Assembly (NCBI GenBank): GCA_046160785.1
Contig: JBJXHE010000071.1
Span: forward strand, 69,812 to 133,811
Direction: 5' to 3'
From: Planctomycetota bacterium
GTDB taxonomy: Bacteria > Planctomycetota > UBA1135 > JACQFD01
Length of the DNA stretch: 64,000 nucleotides
In this document: positions 54,252 to 62,862 of the stretch, piece after piece
Numbering within the stretch: position 1 is the first letter of the stretch
How the letters are laid out: each line of letters opens with the position of its first letter
The notes under the pieces: model-generated
Told to the model about the DNA's origin: nothing
Databases searched by the model: none
Seen by the model: the letters and a program-made list of their open reading frames with translations, nothing else
Translations under genes and position numbers: made by a program

Positions 54252-56897
54252 ATGCCTCCTCCGCCGCACGACGTTCAACTACTGTTATCGCACGCGCATT
54301 GGGTGCGCGCGCTCGCGCGGCGGCTTGTTAATAATCAAAACGACGCGGACGATCTCGAACAGGAATTGTGGGTTCGAGCGATACAACAAAAACCAAATGT
54401 ATCTATTTCGCTGCGCGGATGGATTGCTACTATTCTGCGCAATCTTAAACTTGAACACAACCGCGGCGACGGCCGCCGCACGGACCGCGAACAGCGCGCG
54501 GCGCGAAACGAGAGCGTCCCGCCGAATTCAGAATTAGTCGAGCGCGCGATGCTCCACCGCGAGCTGGTCGAGCAAGTACTACAATTAGAAGAACCGTACC
54601 GTTCTGTAATATTAGCGAGGTATTTTGAAGGTCTGCCGCCCTCGGAAATCGCGCGATTACATCAAATCCCGGTTGAAACTGTAAAAACGCGCCTCAAGCG
54701 CGCAACGGAAAAATTACGCGCGCAACTCGACGCGAAATCGAACGGCGACCGCGGCGCGTGGATGGCGGCGTTTCTTCCGCTTACGCACGATATTTTTATA
54801 CAAAATACAATAACATCATTATCAATAAAATCATCTCTCTGGGCCGCTATCATCATGAACATTAAACTCATTGTAGCAATTGGCGCCGCGGGCGCTCTCG
54901 GACTTTTTTGGTATTTGACGCGCACGCCAGAGGTTTCGACCCACGAGCCCGCTCGAACGGAACAAACGCGCGAAACGAAGAATCCTCCTCCATCAGAAAA
55001 AAGTAATATTACAGAAGCGGCGCGCACACGGTCCGAGGCGCCTGCGCCGTCCGAGCCCGTAAAATTAGCTTCGAAGCCCGCGGCTCCGGAAAATGCAAAA
55101 GAAGTGCGCGTTGCCGGCCGCGTCATCGGCGTGCGGTCGGAGAACGTCGCGGGCGTCGAAATTCGCGGCGGCAATCTCGATCAATGGTCCGCGCTCGAGC
55201 CAGCCGGCTACGGAAATATTCTTGCAAAGTCCGACGACGCGGGAAAATTCGAATTTGTTATATCAGATAAAAAGAATTACCCAAGTTATCTATTCGGCTG
55301 CGCTCCGCATCTTTGTTGCATTATGGCCGGAACGCCGCTTAACGCGGAGAACGGACGAGAATCGCTCGTCGTCGTCGCGCCCAAGATCGAATTGGCGGGG
55401 CGCGTTCTAAACGAAGAAGGAAAGCCGGTCGAGAATGCTATAATTGAAATTGTATTACCCGCCGCACTTCGAACGAAATTGATAGGTAATGTCGAGTCGA
55501 CGACGTTGCGAAAGCTGGCAGCCGCGTCGGACGCCGAAGGTTATTATAAATTTACAGAAGCGGCTGCGGTGGAGGGCGCGATGCTTCATGCCGCCGCGAA
55601 CGGATACGTGAGTATCGCGCTGGTTTCGCCGTCCGCGACTTCCGTTAATTTTAATCTTACATTAAAGCGGCCGGGCGAATCCGCGAATTGGCTGCGCGGC
55701 AAAGTTGTGGATTCGGCCGACAATCCCGTCGCGGGGGCATTTGTTGGTTTTGGAATTGATACTATAAAAACGAATAGCGAGGGCGGGTTCGAATTTGATA
55801 TTGCAACAAAAGAATCCTACAACGAATTTGCAAGGACCATGATGAATCAGCCGGCATTCGCGCCGTCAGAGCTGGTCGCCGTCAAAGCAGGCTTTCTGCC
55901 CGCGACGTATTCGATACCAAAGGAAAACGGCGTTCTGAATACTACAGAAACAATTGTACTAAAACTCTCCGGCACCGCGCTCTCCATTTCCGGTCACGTT
56001 GTTACAGATGATGGAAAGCCCGTCGTGGATACTCCCGTGTGGCTCGCAAATCCTACCTTTTTCGGCGGCATTGGAGCGTTCGATCGCAAACGAGGACCGA
56101 AGTTAACTCATATCGAAAGCGTGATGGCAGGAGCCGACAGCGGCGGCGCGGCTTGGCGAAGTGTAAGCTCCGACTCGAATGGTGAATTTACAATTAACGG
56201 AGTGTGCGACCGCGAGTATCAAATTGAGGCGCTCGACTCGGAGACGCTCCAGCGCGGAATCGTAGAGAACGTGCGCGGCGGGTCGCGCGGCGTAACGATT
56301 ACTATTGCGAGAAAAGAAGTCTTTCCATCATTGAAGGGAATTGTTGTATCGCACAGCGGCAAGAAGCTCGCGGGCGTTCGCGTGTTTCCAATGTGCGACA
56401 CTTTCAAAGTAAAATTCGAACAACGGGTAATCGGCACGTCGCATCAGTCGCTCGAAGGCGTTACAACAAATGCCGACGGAGAATTTGAAATTAAGAATGT
56501 TCCGAAGAATTTAGTATATTTACGATTCCAGAGCCAAAAGGTCGTTCCGCTCGAATGGGGCCGCGATGTCGAGGGCGGTCTCGAAAAGTTGGTCGGAAAG
56601 GATTTTGATAAATTAAGAATAGAAGTCGACCAGCGCTGTTCGTTTCAAGTGGAATTGATACATCCTGACGAAGGCGATGAGCTCGCGATGTTCAAGGCGG
56701 ACGGCGGCCGCGTTTCAATTGATGAATATGCGGGCCGGTCCAGGAATTCTGGAAAGCATAAAATCATCGACGGGCGTTCAGCTCAATTGTCGGCTGCCGA
56801 CAACGCTACAACTCTTGTTATTTACAAAAACGGAACGGAAGTGCGGCGCAAGGCGATTACGTTAAATCCCGAAGAGATAACAACCTTGAAGTTGTAG
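54252..56897 (+). CDS. ECF sigma factor fused through one TM helix to about 650 aa of carboxypeptidase-regulatory-like repeats
   Basis: Region 2 DDLEQELWVRAI..RGWIATILRNLKLEHNR. Region 4 YRSVILARYFEGLPPSEIARLHQIPVETVKTRLKRA. TM IKLIVAIGAAGALGLFWYL. Five G-x-V-x..G.PV..A.V repeats. Confidence 0.75.
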   Translation: MPPPPHDVQLLLSHAHWVRALARRLVNNQNDADDLEQELWVRAIQQKPNVSISLRGWIATILRNLKLEHNRGDGRRTDREQRAARNESVPPNSELVERAMLHRELVEQVLQLEEPYRSVILARYFEGLPPSEIARLHQIPVETVKTRLKRATEKLRAQLDAKSNGDRGAWMAAFLPLTHDIFIQNTITSLSIKSSLWAAIIMNIKLIVAIGAAGALGLFWYLTRTPEVSTHEPARTEQTRETKNPPPSEKSNITEAARTRSEAPAPSEPVKLASKPAAPENAKEVRVAGRVIGVRSENVAGVEIRGGNLDQWSALEPAGYGNILAKSDDAGKFEFVISDKKNYPSYLFGCAPHLCCIMAGTPLNAENGRESLVVVAPKIELAGRVLNEEGKPVENAIIEIVLPAALRTKLIGNVESTTLRKLAAASDAEGYYKFTEAAAVEGAMLHAAANGYVSIALVSPSATSVNFNLTLKRPGESANWLRGKVVDSADNPVAGAFVGFGIDTIKTNSEGGFEFDIATKESYNEFARTMMNQPAFAPSELVAVKAGFLPATYSIPKENGVLNTTETIVLKLSGTALSISGHVVTDDGKPVVDTPVWLANPTFFGGIGAFDRKRGPKLTHIESVMAGADSGGAAWRSVSSDSNGEFTINGVCDREYQIEALDSETLQRGIVENVRGGSRGVTITIARKEVFPSLKGIVVSHSGKKLAGVRVFPMCDTFKVKFEQRVIGTSHQSLEGVTTNADGEFEIKNVPKNLVYLRFQSQKVVPLEWGRDVEGGLEKLVGKDFDKLRIEVDQRCSFQVELIHPDEGDELAMFKADGGRVSIDEYAGRSRNSGKHKIIDGRSAQLSAADNATTLVIYKNGTEVRRKAITLNPEEITTLKL

Positions 56898-56913
56898 CAT
56901 CTGACGAATTGTA

Positions 56914-58590
56914 TTAATGAATCTTTATAATCCTCTGTTCCACTTCGGCGGCGATGCGTTTGATGTCGCCGGCGTCGTTTGCGGAGACAAGGAGCCCGCC
57001 TCGCGCCGCGGCGATGGGGCCGAGAACGCCTTCGTCGGCGAGGTCTCTTTTATTAAATATTAATAACTGCGGAATCCAATCAAATCCGAGTTCGCGCAGC
57101 GTTTCATTCACGGTTTCAATCTGGCGCGGAAACGCCGGATTCGAAGCGTCGACGACATGTAATAACAAATGCGAACCGTCGATTTCTTCGATCGTTGCGC
57201 GAAACGCGTCGAGCAGCATCTCGGGAAGATTTTTAATAAATCCGACCGTATCAATAAAAACGCACGACGATCCCTCGGGGAGCCGCGCGCGGCGCGTGGT
57301 GGTTTCGAGCGTTGCAAATAATAAGTTTTCCGCGCGGACGTCCGCACCCGTGAGCGCGTTAAATAATGTTGATTTTCCGGCGTTCGTGTAGCCGACGAGC
57401 GCAATTGTAGGAATATTTGAAACGCGCCGCTGCTTGCGAAGTTCCTCGCGGCGCGCGGCGATTTCATCAATTCGCCGCTTGAGTTTTGTAATATTAAATC
57501 GGATCACGCGGCGGTCCATTTCAATTTTCATTTCGCCCTTGCCGCGTGAAGCGCCCTTTCCGCCGCCGAGCCGCGACATATCAATTCCTTGCCCGGCGAG
57601 GTGCGGCCCGAGATATTGTAGCTTTGCAAGTTCGACGCGAAGTTTGCCGTCGGATGTAACAGCTCGGCGTCCGAAGATTTCTAATATTAACATTGTGCGG
57701 TCCATGACCGCGAGGCCCGTCGCCTTTTCAAGATTGCGCGCCTGCTTCGGCGAGAGTTCGCCGTCGAATACAATTCTTCCCGCTTGTTCCGAGGTCGCGC
57801 GATGCACAATTTCTTCTAAAAATCCTTCGCCGACCATCGTCGCCGTGTCGAGGCGCTCGCGTTTTTGTAACATTCGGTCGACGACCAGCATTCCGCACGA
57901 TCTCGCTAATTCTGCGAGTTCGGATAGCGATTCGCGGGCGGGCGCCGGATTTCCAGTCGTGACGCTCACTAACAATACGCGGTCGAGAACGTCGATTTTC
58001 TTAAAACGCTCGGCGGTTCTTGCTAATTCTTCCTCGCGCGCGTCGAGGCGTTCGATGAAATCTGTAGGAATCGCCGTTTGTGAATATTCGCGCCATTCGA
58101 TCGGCTCGCCCTGGCCCGGCGGAAGAATGGTGCCTTCGCGGATGGATTCAACATTTCCCATCCGGTCAATAGATATAATAATTAAAGCGTCGAGTTTTCG
58201 CCGGGTTAATAATAATCGTTCTGCCGCCGCAGTCTTAACATGTGCTGGTTTTGTACAAATAAAACGATAGCCGAGCAGCCGGCCGCCCTTCGGTGCCGGA
58301 TCTGCCTGCTCCGCGGGATACTCCACTTCGAGCGCGTCGCCGGCCGCCACTCGAAGAATGCGCGCGCGGCGATCGACTACAATTCCCACCATTCTTCGCA
58401 TTTGTCCGGCGATCGCGCCGAGCTCGCGCGCAAGATCGTGAGTAACGCTGCGTTCGATCTCCTGCCGGCGAGTATACAATTTTTCGAGAGCGCGAAGTTC
58501 AGACGCCGCGAGGCCGGCGGTTTTTCCATATAAACGGTTTGTCACGCGTTTAATATTAATTTCAGAATCGTAAAAAAGAAAGCATTCCAT
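56914..58590 (-). CDS. hflX: GTPase HflX with an N-terminal extension
   Basis: G1 VGYTNAGKSTLFN, G3 DTVGF, G4 NKRD. HflX N-domain (VLLVSV...). About 130 extra N-terminal residues. Confidence 0.9.
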   Translation of the reverse strand: MECFLFYDSEINIKRVTNRLYGKTAGLAASELRALEKLYTRRQEIERSVTHDLARELGAIAGQMRRMVGIVVDRRARILRVAAGDALEVEYPAEQADPAPKGGRLLGYRFICTKPAHVKTAAAERLLLTRRKLDALIIISIDRMGNVESIREGTILPPGQGEPIEWREYSQTAIPTDFIERLDAREEELARTAERFKKIDVLDRVLLVSVTTGNPAPARESLSELAELARSCGMLVVDRMLQKRERLDTATMVGEGFLEEIVHRATSEQAGRIVFDGELSPKQARNLEKATGLAVMDRTMLILEIFGRRAVTSDGKLRVELAKLQYLGPHLAGQGIDMSRLGGGKGASRGKGEMKIEMDRRVIRFNITKLKRRIDEIAARREELRKQRRVSNIPTIALVGYTNAGKSTLFNALTGADVRAENLLFATLETTTRRARLPEGSSCVFIDTVGFIKNLPEMLLDAFRATIEEIDGSHLLLHVVDASNPAFPRQIETVNETLRELGFDWIPQLLIFNKRDLADEGVLGPIAAARGGLLVSANDAGDIKRIAAEVEQRIIKIH

Positions 58591-58617
58591 CGGCAGCCGA
58601 CTGTTATATCTCTTCGC

Positions 58618-60171
58618 ATGCGGACGAGGCCACCGAGCGCGTGGTACGCGGCGATCGCGTTCGCGATCCTCGCGGGCGCCGCACTGCGCTTTCAGGGAAT
58701 TGCTACAGAAAGCCTGTGGTTCGACGAGGTCGCGCAGGTCGAATGGAATAAAAAACCATTTTTAACATTTCTTTCCGATCGATTCAGCCAGGTCGATCCG
58801 CCCCTCAACGAAATTATAATTTGGGTTTATAATAATATTCTTCGCGCGGCCGCGCCGGAGAGCGCGTCGAGCGAGTTTGCGATTCGGCTGCCCGTCGTTA
58901 TTTTTGGTTTATGTACAATTCCGATTATTGCATTTGCGGCTTTTGAAGCGTTCGGCGCGTTCGCGGGTGTGCTTGCCGCGTGGCTCTTTGCAACGATGCC
59001 GTACGCGGTTCGGTACGGGCAGGAAGCGCGCATGTACTCGCTCACGATATTATTATCATCGGTTGCTTTATACTTTTTGGTCCGCGCGCTCAAGAGTCAT
59101 GATTCCGCCTCGCGCGCGCGGTGCGCGATTTGGTTTGGAATTGCGTCGGCCGCCGCGGCCTATTCTCACTATTACGCATTGCTAACGTTAGCCGCGGCGT
59201 TCGCGGCGACGCTTTTGTTATGGTTCAGGCATCGTGAAGAACGGTTGCGCCCCATCCTTCGCGGCGAATTAATAGGATTTGCGATTGCCGCGCCGTTTAT
59301 TGTAGCACAGGGAATTTATGCCGCATCGTCGGGACGCGGCACGCGGGCGTGGCTTTCGGGATTCGGCGATCCCACGTTGGAAACAATTTACTATTCGGCG
59401 CGCGCGTATTGTATTGATTTGCTTCCGGCGGGCGCGGCGGTTCAGCCCGCCGACGTTGTCGGCGCGTGGTTCATGAACGCGGCATTCATCTCGCTCGGCG
59501 CATTATTACTATTCAGTTTGCTTCGAAAAAAAGCCGGCGACGCCGGTGGACTCAAGTTGCATTTGATATGTATGCTTCTGTTGCCGCCGATTGTCATTCT
59601 GGCGATTTCACAAAAACGGCAGATTTTTCATCCGAGATATTTATTATCTATTCTTCCGGCGCTAGTTCTAATGTGGTCATGCGCGCGGCCGAAGTGGGTG
59701 GCAATCCTGCTCTCTGCGGCCCCGCTGGCCGTGGGCCTCGCGATCGCGCCGCAATATCGTTATATTTTACAAAAACCCGACTATCGCGCGGCAGCTGAAA
59801 GTTATATTCGAGATTTTCGCGAAGGCGACGCGGTCGACGTCTCGACGATCGACCATCTTCCATTTTTGTATTATGTAAAACTTCTTGGCAGTGAAAACTC
59901 CGGCGCAACCGCCGCTGTTCGGAATGCTCAAATTCGCGAGCACGAAGCACCGCAACCCAATATATTAACTTTCATCGCCCGCACGCCGCCTGCTGGCTCG
60001 CGTATTTATGAAATCGACGTCATGGTTCCGTGGTCGCGACTCTATATGCTTGACGCCCTGAAATATTATAAAAGACGAATCCAACCAATAACAGCGCCAG
60101 AAATTCACAAATTGATATTTGAGTCAAAGCCGTTCCCCGCCATTCGCGTCTGGCGCGTCGATTCGCAATAA
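58618..60171 (+). CDS. GT39/ArnT-like (GT-C) membrane glycosyltransferase
   Basis: About 11 TM helices. First-loop acidic motif LWFDEVAQ. PMT_2-like organisation with a soluble C-terminal domain. Confidence 0.65.
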   Translation: MRTRPPSAWYAAIAFAILAGAALRFQGIATESLWFDEVAQVEWNKKPFLTFLSDRFSQVDPPLNEIIIWVYNNILRAAAPESASSEFAIRLPVVIFGLCTIPIIAFAAFEAFGAFAGVLAAWLFATMPYAVRYGQEARMYSLTILLSSVALYFLVRALKSHDSASRARCAIWFGIASAAAAYSHYYALLTLAAAFAATLLLWFRHREERLRPILRGELIGFAIAAPFIVAQGIYAASSGRGTRAWLSGFGDPTLETIYYSARAYCIDLLPAGAAVQPADVVGAWFMNAAFISLGALLLFSLLRKKAGDAGGLKLHLICMLLLPPIVILAISQKRQIFHPRYLLSILPALVLMWSCARPKWVAILLSAAPLAVGLAIAPQYRYILQKPDYRAAAESYIRDFREGDAVDVSTIDHLPFLYYVKLLGSENSGATAAVRNAQIREHEAPQPNILTFIARTPPAGSRIYEIDVMVPWSRLYMLDALKYYKRRIQPITAPEIHKLIFESKPFPAIRVWRVDSQ

Positions 60172-60172
60172 T

Positions 60173-60337
60173 TAGAAGTGGTTTCATAAGTGCTTCGCAA
60201 ACCGGGCGATGGTAATTTTTTGTTGTATCAAGGAAGCGCGCCCGAGGCATATCCAGGAGATATGTCGAGGACGCGATGACGATGAGACAACAAAAAAGGA
60301 CCGAGCGCCGATCGAATGACTTATGAAACCACTTCTA
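60173..60337. repeat. long imperfect palindrome with perfect 19-bp terminal inverted repeats (MITE-like element or extended bidirectional terminator)
   Basis: TAGAAGTGGTTTCATAAGT (60173-60191) and its exact reverse complement (60319-60337). Inner perfect pair TTTTTTGTTGT (60216-60226) / ACAACAAAAAA (60287-60297). Confidence 0.75.
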
Positions 60338-60340
60338 GCG

Positions 60341-61777
60341 TTATCGGTTGCGATTCTCGGGCGCGATGTCCGCGGAGTGTCTAGAATCATACGTAAACGG
60401 CAAGAATTGGTCGCCGTACAAAAATAATATAATATTATCGAGCACGGCATTGTCTTGGAGCATGAAGTCGTGCGGTGCTGTGCTAACAAATCGCTGGGCG
60501 TTAGCGTACGGAACGTCGAGCGCGCTTTGAATCGTGACGCGCCCGTCGCCGGGAGCTTCAATTTGATATTGAAATTTCGCCGTCGACGGTTGAATGGCGA
60601 ACGACGGCAGATTAAATATTAATTCTAAATTATTAGGATCATGCGTTTCTGATATAATCACGGCGCGGTTGATTGTTGGTATTTGCGTGCCTCCGATCAC
60701 AAACGTACGCAAGTGCGCGGGCGGCTCCCATCCACGATATTCGAGCGCGTTCCACCACGCCTCCCCGCGACGCAGCGCATTTGTAGAAAAGGTGAACCGG
60801 TCGCCGGTTTGCCACGCCGGCGGCAGTAATTTTAGCCGGATCCAATTATTAATATCATAAAGATAGAAACGGTTTTCCGCCGTGGTGCCGTCCTCGTTCG
60901 TAGACACTTCTCGATACAATTCCAAATTTGTATTTTCTTTAATTCCATCAATATAACAATCATTCGAAGGGCACGGAATTATCTGATACGCCGACGGCAT
61001 CGACCGGATTTCATCGCTTTCAATCAATTGCCCGTCGAAAAAGTAGCCATATCCGTTCAAAATAAATTCGAGAAGCGAGAGCGAGCCGTGGTGCGGCGTT
61101 CCTAAGAATATAACCGATGATACATTTTCCGCGCCGGCGCCGGTTGGCGGCTCCGGCGACGATTCGAGAACGTCGCGGCCGCCATACATTAGATAATATC
61201 GCGTGATGAGCCCGCCGAACGAATGTGCAACAATCGAAATTCTTTCATTAGGATTCGCGCGCGTGTCCTTCACGCGCTGAACCGCTTTTGCTAACTTTTG
61301 CGCGCTCTCGACGGCGTCGCGCCGAAAATCATAATGAAAAATAAACGCGTTCTCGTCGGCGCGCGGAAAATCACAGTCGCCGAGTTTGAAACCGGCTTGT
61401 TCAAAAGATTCGATGAGCGGATTATAAATCTGCAAATCATACAAATAGGGAATTACGGGAATAGGATCGAGGAGCGCCACAGAAACGAGGCCGTCGCGCA
61501 CCGCCTGGGGTTTCGCGGCCGTTTCAGCGTTAATATCAAATCCAAGCCGGGGCGCATTATCCAAAAAGAACACTTGCCCGGCTCGCATCCATTCAATATC
61601 TCCAGTCTTAGCATCGGCGAGATACGATGCTAAGATTCCTGGAATAATGATAACGGTCGGGCGTTCGGCGGTCGAAATCCGGGCGAGGTCGATCACGGAA
61701 TTTTGCGGGCGCACGAGGCCGCAGCCCGCCGCGAGCGCGCAAAGGATCGTTAAGATCATTTTGCTAATTCTACTCAT
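60341..61777 (-). CDS. secreted alpha/beta-hydrolase lipase/esterase (LCAT/PGAP1-like)
   Basis: Lipoprotein-like signal LCALAAGC. Nucleophile elbow IVAHSFGG. Early IIPGILAS segment. Confidence 0.6.
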   Translation of the reverse strand: MSRISKMILTILCALAAGCGLVRPQNSVIDLARISTAERPTVIIIPGILASYLADAKTGDIEWMRAGQVFFLDNAPRLGFDINAETAAKPQAVRDGLVSVALLDPIPVIPYLYDLQIYNPLIESFEQAGFKLGDCDFPRADENAFIFHYDFRRDAVESAQKLAKAVQRVKDTRANPNERISIVAHSFGGLITRYYLMYGGRDVLESSPEPPTGAGAENVSSVIFLGTPHHGSLSLLEFILNGYGYFFDGQLIESDEIRSMPSAYQIIPCPSNDCYIDGIKENTNLELYREVSTNEDGTTAENRFYLYDINNWIRLKLLPPAWQTGDRFTFSTNALRRGEAWWNALEYRGWEPPAHLRTFVIGGTQIPTINRAVIISETHDPNNLELIFNLPSFAIQPSTAKFQYQIEAPGDGRVTIQSALDVPYANAQRFVSTAPHDFMLQDNAVLDNIILFLYGDQFLPFTYDSRHSADIAPENRNR

Positions 61778-61792
61778 CGGCGTGCTTGATTA

Positions 61793-62761
61793 TTAGCGAA
61801 CGGAGAGTACAACTTTTCCGATATTTTCATTGCGTTTCAGAATTTCGTGCGCTTCGGCCGCGCGCTCGATCGGTAGTATTCGATCCACGACCGGAGCTAC
61901 TTTTCCGGATTCTATAATTGACCAAAACCGTTTTTCGAACGCGCGCACGATCGCGGCTTTTTCTTCGAGCGGCCGCGAACGCAGCGTGGATCCTACAATT
62001 CGAATCCGTTTTAACATAAGTCTTGAAAGATCAATTTCGGCTTTCGATCCTGAAAGTAAAGAAATGATAATGAGCCGGCCGCCCGTGTTGAGAAGCCGCA
62101 TGTTCTTTTCAAGATACTTCGCGCCCGCGACGTCTAAAATAACGTCGACGCCTTCGGTGTATTGCAATAAATCCGCGGCGAAATCGGAATGATAATGTTC
62201 GACCGCGCGCTCGGCCCCAAGCGAAATGCAAAAATCGCGTTTTTGTTGCGTTCCCGCCGTCGCAAAAGCACGTGAGCCCGAAGCTACAACGAGCTGAATC
62301 GCGGCACTGCCGACGCCGCTCGCTCCGGAGTGTATCAATACGGATTCCTTTCGCTGCGCGCTCGCTTCAATAAATATATTTACAAACGCCGTTAAGAATA
62401 CTTCGGGAAACGCTCCGCCTTCCGCGAATGTCCAATGCTGCGGGATTGGTAATATTAATGATTCATGCACCGCAACTTTTTCGGCGTACCCGCCGCCTGG
62501 GAGCAGCGCGCACACGCGGTCGCCGATTTTCCATCTCTTCACGCCGGGCCCGACGTTTGTCACAATTCCAGCGCAGTCGAGTCCGAGGATGTCGGTCGCG
62601 CCCGGCGGCGGAGGATACTTTCCGGCGCGTTGTAACAAATCCGCGCGGTTCACCGAAGTGGCATGTATATCAATTAAAACTTCGCCGCCGCCGCAATTCG
62701 GATCCTCGACAGAGTGAAAATCAAGCTCGTGAGTGAGTGGGTCGGCGACGATGGCGCGCAT
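61793..62761 (-). CDS. qor: NADPH:quinone oxidoreductase (zeta-crystallin/MDR family)
   Basis: NRADLLQRAGKYPPPPG. Cofactor motif IHSGASGVGSAAIQL. C-terminal GKVVL. Confidence 0.85.
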   Translation of the reverse strand: MRAIVADPLTHELDFHSVEDPNCGGGEVLIDIHATSVNRADLLQRAGKYPPPPGATDILGLDCAGIVTNVGPGVKRWKIGDRVCALLPGGGYAEKVAVHESLILPIPQHWTFAEGGAFPEVFLTAFVNIFIEASAQRKESVLIHSGASGVGSAAIQLVVASGSRAFATAGTQQKRDFCISLGAERAVEHYHSDFAADLLQYTEGVDVILDVAGAKYLEKNMRLLNTGGRLIIISLLSGSKAEIDLSRLMLKRIRIVGSTLRSRPLEEKAAIVRAFEKRFWSIIESGKVAPVVDRILPIERAAEAHEILKRNENIGKVVLSVR

Positions 62762-62814
62762 TTTTTAGGGACGCTCAAAATAGAAGAAAACGCGGCCCGC
62801 GTCGATTGTTTATA

Positions 62815-62843
62815 TTGACGCCTTCGAATTCCGGGCGTACTTT
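62815..62843 (+). promoter_or_regulatory. candidate sigma-70 promoter for deoB
   Basis: TTGACG (62815-62820), 17-nt spacer, TACTTT (62838-62843), 19 nt upstream of ATG 62863. Confidence 0.25.
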
Positions 62844-62862
62844 CCAGCCGTCGCCTCTCCAA

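Noticed and set aside
60020-60561. Minus-strand ORFs 60184..60561 and 60020..60250 across the convergent gap
   Set aside because: They run through the long palindrome and antisense to the ends of two well-supported genes. Their composition is Arg/Ser-rich shadow-like.
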